Source of the DNA: an uncultured virus (IMG/VR IMGVR_UViG_3300034374_009246)
Lineage: Duplodnaviria > Heunggongvirae > Uroviricota > Caudoviricetes
DNA length: 64,000 nt
Direction: 5' to 3' (one strand)
Virus record (IMG/VR): IMGVR_UViG_3300034374_009246
Position numbers and translations under genes: made by a program. Position 1 is the first letter of the stretch. Each line of letters starts with the position of its first letter. Shown here in pieces: positions 57,358 to 64,000 of the stretch. The notes beneath the pieces were generated by a model. That model was not told where the DNA came from. It did no database searches and saw only the letters and a list, made by a program, of their open reading frames with translations.

Positions 57358-57705
57358 ATGAAAGCAATAGCATTTATAACAATTTTAACAGCCTCTGTAA
57401 GTTGTTTTTCTCAAACTTATAACTATGAAAGTTATGATTATGAGAATTTAACTACAGGTGTAAAGAAAACTAATCCTGATAGAACTAGTTTTAAATTTAC
57501 AGAAGATAGCGTTTATGTAAAAACAGAAACAGATCCTGTTATGTATTTTAAATACGCAATTCTATCTAAGGAAAAAGAAACTAACAGATACACATACTTC
57601 AGAACTGAAAAAGGTTTTGAAATGTTTGTAGATAAGAAGAATGAAGTTGTGATGGTTAAAAATGATAAGTCACAACTGTTATGTATTTACCACAATAAAC
57701 AATAA
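57358..57705 (+). CDS. Secreted/periplasmic small beta protein
   Basis: Bacteroidota-style signal peptide MKAIAFITILTASVSCFS-Q. Confidence 0.55.
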   Translation: MKAIAFITILTASVSCFSQTYNYESYDYENLTTGVKKTNPDRTSFKFTEDSVYVKTETDPVMYFKYAILSKEKETNRYTYFRTEKGFEMFVDKKNEVVMVKNDKSQLLCIYHNKQ

Positions 57706-57708
57706 ATT

Positions 57709-57954
57709 ATGGGTCCCAGTGTATATTTAACTAATACAGAAGGTACAGCATATAAAATGTATCAAGCAGAAGTAGTAGAAAGTCAAGATCAAGAAAAGAA
57801 ATATGATGTAATATTTACTTACGGTAGAATATATGGACATAAATCTAAATATAGAGGCAACAAAATACCTTTAGATTATAGTGATGCTATGCATTTATTG
57901 CAGAATCAAGTTTATAAAAAAATTAGAAAAGGATATCAAATAAATGAAAGATAA
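57709..57954 (+). CDS. Stand-alone WGR-domain-like protein
   Basis: KMYQAEV..VIFTYGRIYG..KKIRKGYQ. Confidence 0.6.
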   Translation: MGPSVYLTNTEGTAYKMYQAEVVESQDQEKKYDVIFTYGRIYGHKSKYRGNKIPLDYSDAMHLLQNQVYKKIRKGYQINER

Positions 57955-58333
57955 CATCACTACCATCAAACTAAAAAAAGTTAATGGTAAACTAACACAT
58001 GTAACAGCTTTTGATAAGATACAATATAAAGAATTTGTAGATGCTTTATCTGAAGGTCAAGTAATTGAAATATTTCTAGAAGCTAATGCAGGAGATGGTA
58101 CAAAAGCTCAGCTAGCTAAGATACACGCATGCATTAGAAAATTAGCTTCTGAGATAGGATATACCTTTGAAGATATGAAACTAACAGTAAAGCAAAAATC
58201 AGGGCTTGTACGTGGAGATTTGTGGTCATCAGAAGGATATGCTAAATCATTTGCAGATTGTTCTAAGGAAGAATTATCTTTAGTTATTGAAACGCTAAAT
58301 GATATAGGAAAATTAGTTAATCTTTCTTTTTAG
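57944..58333 (+). CDS. NinB-like protein
   Basis: TKAQLAKIHACIRKLASEIGYTFEDMK..KSFADCSKEELSLVIE. Confidence 0.5.
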   Translation: MKDNITTIKLKKVNGKLTHVTAFDKIQYKEFVDALSEGQVIEIFLEANAGDGTKAQLAKIHACIRKLASEIGYTFEDMKLTVKQKSGLVRGDLWSSEGYAKSFADCSKEELSLVIETLNDIGKLVNLSF

Positions 58334-58739
58334 ATTCTTTTAATTGTTCATCATAAAACTTAGCTATTGATTCTGAAGAGAAGTTTACTTCTATTTCTTT
58401 TTCTTTAGCTTTACCTTTTTCAGCAAAAGTTTGTTCTATAACACCTATGAAAGTGGCTAAAGTTAAGGCGTTAAAAACAAAAGAATCTTTACCATAAACA
58501 GCGTTTAATTCTTTAACTTTACGCTCACGTTCAGCTTCATTTTTTTCTAATTCATGCATCTTAGCTTCAAAAACACCACTAATAAATAACATAGCTGCCA
58601 TTTGTTTTTGTTCATTAGCAGTTCGCATATAAGCTTCATAAACATATTTAAGATCTCTTAAAGCTTTACCTGATATTGTAATATCAACAGTTTCATCTAA
58701 AGGTATAGAATAAGTTTTAACATTTCTCTTATTATCCAT
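58317..58739 (-). CDS. Hypothetical protein (counter-oriented)
   Basis: 140 aa; TATATTTG at 58756-58763 on the minus strand upstream. Confidence 0.55.
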   Translation of the reverse strand: MDNKRNVKTYSIPLDETVDITISGKALRDLKYVYEAYMRTANEQKQMAAMLFISGVFEAKMHELEKNEAERERKVKELNAVYGKDSFVFNALTLATFIGVIEQTFAEKGKAKEKEIEVNFSSESIAKFYDEQLKESKKKD

Positions 58740-58771
58740 AACTAATAGTTTTAAACAAATATAATTATAAA

Positions 58772-59488
58772 ATGCAACAAAGTAAAAAAGACAAGCTGAC
58801 AGATATACAAAAAAAATTATATGAACAGCTTATTCCATCAGGATGGGCTGATAAATTAAAAAGTTTTATACTAAGTAAAGAGTTTTATAATATACTAGAT
58901 GACTTGTGGGATGAAATGAATAGCGGTAATCGCTTCACACCAGTAATCAAAGATATATTTAAAGCATTTACTGAATGTCCATACAATGACCTAAGAGTTG
59001 TTGTTATAGGTCAAGACCCTTACCCTCAAGCAGGAGTTGCAGACGGCATATCTTTTAGTTGTTCTTATTCTAAAAAACCACAACCTTCTTTACGTTACAT
59101 GCTTAAAGAAATAGAAGACACAGTATATCCAGAAGGTATGGAGTGGGATCCTGATTTAACAAGATGGTCTAATCAAGGTATTCTAATGCTTAATACAGCT
59201 CTTACATGCCGTATAGGTAAGATAGGTTCACACATAGATTTATGGAAACCTTTTATTGTATATCTCTTAGACATATTAGGGCATTATAACTCGGGGCTTA
59301 TATATGTATTCTTAGGTAATAAAGCTAAAGTGTGGGCTAAACATATACCTAGTATAAACTATAAATTCTTTGCGCCTCACCCTGCTGCTGCAGGTTATGC
59401 AAAACAAAAGAAATGGAATAGTGGAGACTTATTTAACAATATTAACAAAGTATTAGAAGAGAATAACGGAGAGAAGATTGTATGGTAG
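58772..59488 (+). CDS. ung: Uracil-DNA glycosylase (family 1)
   Basis: VVIGQDPYP, ADGISFS, PSL, QGILMLNTALT, HPAA motifs. Confidence 0.95.
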   Translation: MQQSKKDKLTDIQKKLYEQLIPSGWADKLKSFILSKEFYNILDDLWDEMNSGNRFTPVIKDIFKAFTECPYNDLRVVVIGQDPYPQAGVADGISFSCSYSKKPQPSLRYMLKEIEDTVYPEGMEWDPDLTRWSNQGILMLNTALTCRIGKIGSHIDLWKPFIVYLLDILGHYNSGLIYVFLGNKAKVWAKHIPSINYKFFAPHPAAAGYAKQKKWNSGDLFNNINKVLEENNGEKIVW

Positions 59489-59508
59489 TTACTATCATCC
59501 TCTCTTCT

Positions 59509-59925
59509 CTACCTCACAGCAACTGCTATCAATATTGCAACTAAACTCACAGATGTAGCAATCCAACCAGCTTGCAACCATTTAGTAGCTGCATTCTTTT
59601 TTTTGTACTTCTTATAGAGATTGTTAAGATCAGTCTTTTTTATATCTATTATTAAATCTCTTTGTTTAATAACGTATGCATTATTGAGAAGCATTGAGTC
59701 TTGGAAAGTTATAGTCTCTGAGAGATTATCTATAACGGTATCTTTTAGCTTTATTTCTTGATTCAAGACACCAAGCGTAGAGTCACACTCATTAGCATAA
59801 ACAACTTTGTTAGCTATTTTCTGTAACTCAGCGTTATTAAAGCAAGTCAATGTATCACCAGTTTGCGCGGATAATGCTGTCAAGTTGATGATTAGTAGCA
59901 TTATCAATATACTTGTATATTTCAC
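59509..59925 (-). CDS. Envelope coiled-coil protein (spanin-like candidate)
   Basis: Signal peptide, coiled coil, C-terminal TM; overlaps the upstream gene. Confidence 0.45.
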   Translation of the reverse strand: MKYTSILIMLLIINLTALSAQTGDTLTCFNNAELQKIANKVVYANECDSTLGVLNQEIKLKDTVIDNLSETITFQDSMLLNNAYVIKQRDLIIDIKKTDLNNLYKKYKKKNAATKWLQAGWIATSVSLVAILIAVAVR

Positions 59926-60184
59926 GGTATTCTATTTTTATTTTATTTTTCACTTTATCTAAACTATCTATTTGTTTATATAAAGAGGCTCTGTTGTTAT
60001 TTAGAGAATCAATAGTTTGAAGCAATAAAAGATTTTCCTCTTCTTTAGCTTTAATCATATTCTCTAAATCTTCAGTGCTAGTTATAACTTTAGTTATCTC
60101 AGATGGTTTTCTAAAGATTATATACAAGAACATAATTAATATTATACCTAAAAGTATGTATATTATATTTTGCTTATTGATCAT
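59855..60184 (-). CDS. Membrane-anchored coiled-coil protein (i-spanin-like candidate)
   Basis: N-terminal TM plus coiled coil with IDSL repeats; TATATTTG at 60188-60195. Confidence 0.5.
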   Translation of the reverse strand: MINKQNIIYILLGIILIMFLYIIFRKPSEITKVITSTEDLENMIKAKEEENLLLLQTIDSLNNNRASLYKQIDSLDKVKNKIKIEYREIYKYIDNATNHQLDSIIRANW

Positions 60185-60211
60185 TAACAAATATAAAAAA
60201 TTTTTATCAAG

Positions 60212-60826
60212 ATGAGTAAATTATTAAAACAGATGGAGTTGTTTGATATGATAACAACTGCAGAACTAACTCCAAATCAATACTATTTGCTTTGTTGTAT
60301 AAATGATTCTGTTACACCTATTAGAATGAATTTTAGATTAGAGCTAAAAAGTTTAATAGAAGATAAGTGGATTGTAGAAAAAGAAAACAAATACTTATTA
60401 GAACCCAAATCACATACAATTATTAACCAGGTTGAAAAGCTTTTTAAAATACAAAAAACTAAAACATCAACTCAGTTAATGAATAAAAATTATAAAGAAA
60501 ACATTTTAGTGTTTAAAAATTTATTTCCAAACAAAAAACTTCCTAGCGGTAGAGCAGCAAGAAGTGCTACTAAGAATTTAGAAACTTGTTTCAGATGGTT
60601 TTTTGAAAATCATGACTATTCTTGGGATCTTATTCTAAAAGCAACTGAGAGATATGTATCTGAATATGAACTTGATGATAAGTACATGACATGTTCTCAG
60701 TATTTTATTAGAAAACAACCCGCAGGAACTAGAACATTTATTAGCAAACTTGCTGATTATTGTGAACTAGTAGAGTCAGGAGCAGAAATGGATGATAAAC
60801 CAATATTCCGTCAAAAAGTAGTATAA
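60212..60826 (+). CDS. Replication-associated protein upstream of the helicase (possible initiator/loader)
   Basis: wHTH-like N-terminus, F..LFP..ILKATERYV..YM..YFI C-terminus; position before dnaB. Confidence 0.45.
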   Translation: MSKLLKQMELFDMITTAELTPNQYYLLCCINDSVTPIRMNFRLELKSLIEDKWIVEKENKYLLEPKSHTIINQVEKLFKIQKTKTSTQLMNKNYKENILVFKNLFPNKKLPSGRAARSATKNLETCFRWFFENHDYSWDLILKATERYVSEYELDDKYMTCSQYFIRKQPAGTRTFISKLADYCELVESGAEMDDKPIFRQKVV

Positions 60827-61014
60827 TGAAATCAAAAACATTTTATCATGTAAACACAGTAATTTTAGGCATCTTATTTAGTTTATTAGCCTATACAATA
60901 ATCAATATTTTTATTATAAAAATGTCTATTATTCAATACTTTATTATAGAGTTTTTGTTGGGAATCTTAGAGTATTTTTGTAAATTTACTAAAGTAAAAA
61001 TGGGCATAGAATAG
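60826..61014 (+). CDS. Small membrane protein
   Basis: 62 aa with two hydrophobic segments. Confidence 0.5.
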   Translation: MKSKTFYHVNTVILGILFSLLAYTIINIFIIKMSIIQYFIIEFLLGILEYFCKFTKVKMGIE

Positions 61015-61044
61015 CAGATAAAAGCCTATAATAATATCAAAGTT

Positions 61045-62046
61045 ATGAGTAATAAAGCTTGGCAGAGTCAAAAGAAAGGCTATCAAGAAGCCCTTAGTTA
61101 TATACACGCAAGAAGACAAGGATTAATAACTAGTTACAAAACTCCTTGGCCTAAAGTAAATGATGCAGGTGTAAACGGTTTTGAATGGCAATCTCTAACT
61201 GTAATAGGCGGAAGACCGGGTACAGGAAAAACCCTTATCAAAGATCAAATTGTAAGAGAAGGTTTTGAAATAAACAATGGTCAAACAATTAGAGTTTTAG
61301 AATTCCAATTTGAAATGGTTGCCAGAGCTTCTAAAGTAAGAGAGTTTTCTTCAGCATTAAATAAACCATACAAATACATTTGTAGTGCAGATGAAAATGA
61401 TAAACTAACAGTAGAAGACTTTCAAAAATTACATGAGCATGCTAAAAAGATGGTTGATATAGACAAGTTTCCTGTAGATATTGTTGAGAAAGCATGTACT
61501 GTAGAAACATTTAAATCTATTGTTACAGATTATATGGAAACTTATGCTCAAGAAATTGATGGTAAGAAAGTATATATTAATACTGTAGTAACTGTAGATC
61601 ACTCTAATTTATTTAAGCAAGGCAGATCTGAAAATAGTAAAACAGATATGCTTTATAATTTAGGAGAAGCATTAACAGATTTAAAGAAACGGTATCCTAT
61701 TGCATTCATTGTTCTTTCACAACTAAAACGTGATGTAGAAAAACCTGAAAGAAATGAAGATGGAAAGTACGGAAACTATGTTTTAGAAACAGACATCTTA
61801 GGCGGTGATGCTTTATTTCAACATGCAGATATTGTAATAGGTGTTAATAGACCAGCAAAAAAGTTTATTAAATACTACGGACCAGAAAGATATATAATTG
61901 ATGATGATACAGTATTGGTATGGCACTTTCTTAAGTGTAGAAACGGTGATACTAGAGTAAGTTTTTTCAAAGCATTATTCAATCAAATGAAAGTTATAGA
62001 AATGCCTGCTCCAGGCATGCATGTAAGAAATATAAGATCAAATTAA
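61045..62046 (+). CDS. dnaB: DnaB-like replicative helicase (ATPase domain only)
   Basis: GGRPGTGKT, FEM, VTVDH, VLSQL.R, ADIV, KCRNG. Confidence 0.85.
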   Translation: MSNKAWQSQKKGYQEALSYIHARRQGLITSYKTPWPKVNDAGVNGFEWQSLTVIGGRPGTGKTLIKDQIVREGFEINNGQTIRVLEFQFEMVARASKVREFSSALNKPYKYICSADENDKLTVEDFQKLHEHAKKMVDIDKFPVDIVEKACTVETFKSIVTDYMETYAQEIDGKKVYINTVVTVDHSNLFKQGRSENSKTDMLYNLGEALTDLKKRYPIAFIVLSQLKRDVEKPERNEDGKYGNYVLETDILGGDALFQHADIVIGVNRPAKKFIKYYGPERYIIDDDTVLVWHFLKCRNGDTRVSFFKALFNQMKVIEMPAPGMHVRNIRSN

Positions 62047-62056
62047 ATATTAAAGT

Positions 62057-62593
62057 ATGGGATTATCAACAAAGCTTGATGAAAAAAAGAAAGATATATT
62101 AAGCAAAAAACAGAAAATAGAATTATTAAAAGACAAACATTTAGATTTGTTTAAACAAGAAAAAGTTAAACAACCTAAATTTATACCTAAAATGTGTTAT
62201 ATGCACAAAGGTGAACTGGTTGTTTCATTTTATCCAAGTGAAATAACTAAAGGTCAAGACATCTATACTGAATTTGTAAGTAGAGATTATGAACCTGAAG
62301 ATCCAGAAAGAAGATTATGGAAATGGATTTATCATGATGCGTATGATACAGAGTATGAAAAATCTGATCCTCATCCTACTTCTGGTGATAGACGTTATCT
62401 AATACCTAAAGATGAATTAATTGAAGTTACAAAAGTAGCTGAGCAAGGTGAATTAATATTTGAACCATTACCAGATGCTGATGCAGATGTTCCATATAGT
62501 TCAATGACACTTAGAGATTATGCAGCTATACAATGGAAACTTCCTGTCAGTCATAAAGCATGGTTAAATAACTTAATAAATAATTTAAAATGA
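62057..62593 (+). CDS. Hypothetical protein
   Basis: 178 aa ending in an MTLRDYAAI motif. Confidence 0.55.
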   Translation: MGLSTKLDEKKKDILSKKQKIELLKDKHLDLFKQEKVKQPKFIPKMCYMHKGELVVSFYPSEITKGQDIYTEFVSRDYEPEDPERRLWKWIYHDAYDTEYEKSDPHPTSGDRRYLIPKDELIEVTKVAEQGELIFEPLPDADADVPYSSMTLRDYAAIQWKLPVSHKAWLNNLINNLK

Positions 62594-63333
62594 CAAAAAT
62601 TGTATTACCACAGAAGAAAATAAAAGCTTCTGCACAAAGCCCTAAAAATCTTATCATTTTTTCTAAACCTAAAGTAGGTAAAACATCTCTCTTAGCTGAT
62701 TTAGAAAACTGTCTTATATTAGATTTTGAAGACGGTTCTGATTATGTAGATGCTTTAAAACTAAAAGTAGATACTGTTGAAGATTTAAAACTTATTGGTG
62801 CAGAAATAAAAGAACAAGGCCATCCTTATAAATATATAGCTGTAGATACAGTAACTGCATTAGAAGAAAAATGTATTCCTGTTGCTGAAAAATTATATTC
62901 TAAATCTTCAATGGGAAAGAATTGGTTTAAAACAGGCAAGCAAACTTATGGTAACATCTTAAACTTACCTAATGGTGCAGGTTATGTATGGCTAAGACAA
63001 GCTATAACAAGTGTTCTAGAATACATAAAGACTCTTGCTCCAAGAATTATAATTGTAGGTCACGTAAAAGATATAATGCTAGAGAAAGCTGGTGCTGAGT
63101 TTACAAGTTCAGATCTAGATTTAACAGGTAAAATTAAAAGAATAATTTCTTCACAGTCAGATGCTATTGGTTATCTATATAGAAAAGGTAATCAGAACAT
63201 TCTTAACTTCAAAACAAGTGATGATGTTGCTTGTGGAGCTAGACCAGATCACTTAAGAAATCAACAAATTGTTATTTCAGAAATGACTGAAGAAGGAGTT
63301 AAAACAAATTGGGATAAAGTATACATAGATTAA
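62590..63333 (+). CDS. AAA/RecA-fold ATPase (Sak4/AAA_24-like)
   Basis: SKPKVGKT, LILDFEDGS, IAVDT, IVGH, DAIGY. Confidence 0.8.
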   Translation: MTKIVLPQKKIKASAQSPKNLIIFSKPKVGKTSLLADLENCLILDFEDGSDYVDALKLKVDTVEDLKLIGAEIKEQGHPYKYIAVDTVTALEEKCIPVAEKLYSKSSMGKNWFKTGKQTYGNILNLPNGAGYVWLRQAITSVLEYIKTLAPRIIIVGHVKDIMLEKAGAEFTSSDLDLTGKIKRIISSQSDAIGYLYRKGNQNILNFKTSDDVACGARPDHLRNQQIVISEMTEEGVKTNWDKVYID

Positions 63334-63352
63334 TAAATTAAATTAGAAAAAA

Positions 63353-64000
63353 ATGTTAAGTACAAAAGACGTAAACGTTTCTTCAGGAGAAGGAGGAGGT
63401 ATACCAAAAGTAATATCTCCTGGTAATCACAAATTGAAAATTAATAACATCAGTTTAATTCAAAACAATAGTTATTTGAAAAGAAATGATGCTTATCATA
63501 TTCTATTAAGCGTTGAAACAGAACCCATAGAAAACTTTGAAGGTTTTTGGATTGATAAAAACAATGAATCTTTAGGTAGACATGAAGGTCAAGTAGGCAA
63601 TGTGAGAGCAAGTGATTGGCCATACAAAGACAATGTAACCAATAAGGGTGTTGAAATTAAAAGAGACATGCAAATTTTAAAGTTCATCAAAAACATTTGT
63701 AAAGAAACAGACTGTGAAAAATGGTTTGATGATGCAGATGGTAAGTATGAAACAATTGAAGATTTTGTACAAGGTTTTAATGAAGAAGCACCTTTTGCAG
63801 ACAAATGGTTAGAATGTTGTGTTGCAGGTTCTGAATATTACAAACAAAATGGTTATATTGGACATAACCTTTGGTTTGCTAAATATTCTCAAGGCACTAA
63901 AGGTTTTGCTAAAGCAGATGCAAATGAAAAAGTTCATGTATATAATGAAGATTTACATTTAAAGAAAGCAGAAAAACCAGAAGAAGTAGAAGAATTTGAC
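63353..64000 (+). CDS. Probable single-stranded DNA-binding protein, truncated by the window edge
   Basis: ATG at 63353 (MLSTKDVNVSSGEGGGIPKVISPGNHKLKINNI...), open to the end; follows the Sak4-like ATPase, the usual position of an SSB. Confidence 0.5.
   Translation, partial: MLSTKDVNVSSGEGGGIPKVISPGNHKLKINNISLIQNNSYLKRNDAYHILLSVETEPIENFEGFWIDKNNESLGRHEGQVGNVRASDWPYKDNVTNKGVEIKRDMQILKFIKNICKETDCEKWFDDADGKYETIEDFVQGFNEEAPFADKWLECCVAGSEYYKQNGYIGHNLWFAKYSQGTKGFAKADANEKVHVYNEDLHLKKAEKPEEVEEFD

Noticed and set aside
46374..63804. Short minus-strand ORFs in the early/replication block (e.g. 46374-46631, 49407-49745, 50928-51134, 63589-63804)
   Set aside because: Antisense shadows of better-supported plus-strand genes or of regulatory DNA.
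1..64000. Stop-codon reassignment as in some gut crAss-like phages
   Set aside because: Long genes are intact in the standard code, and TAG and TGA end plausible genes (TAG for ung, TGA at 48365).

Overview
This window is about 64 kb of an AT-rich tailed-phage genome with the gene content and order of a crAss-like phage (Crassvirales). The host is probably a Bacteroidota species: TAnnTTTG promoter elements are present and starts are preceded by A-rich leaders rather than Shine-Dalgarno sites. Long ORFs are intact in the standard code. Positions 1-44835 are a minus-strand late block: large cargo-type virion proteins, tail stabilization and ring proteins, a very Cys-rich appendage cluster, major capsid, portal, terminase, endolysin, holins and a duplicated fibre+partner cassette. 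After a palindrome-rich strand switch at about 44.9-45.55 kb comes a plus-strand early/replication block: small ORFs separated by several families of repeated non-coding motifs, a DUF2828-type helical+vWA (Ro60/TROVE-like) gene, HTH, HNH, SF2 helicase, UNG, DnaB-like helicase, Sak4-like ATPase and an SSB-like gene. The best candidate for an undescribed system is a tandem array of three covarying stem-UCAGCA RNA motifs (50219-50430) just upstream of the Ro60-like vWA gene. All family assignments come from motifs read by eye and from gene order; no database search or folding was run.
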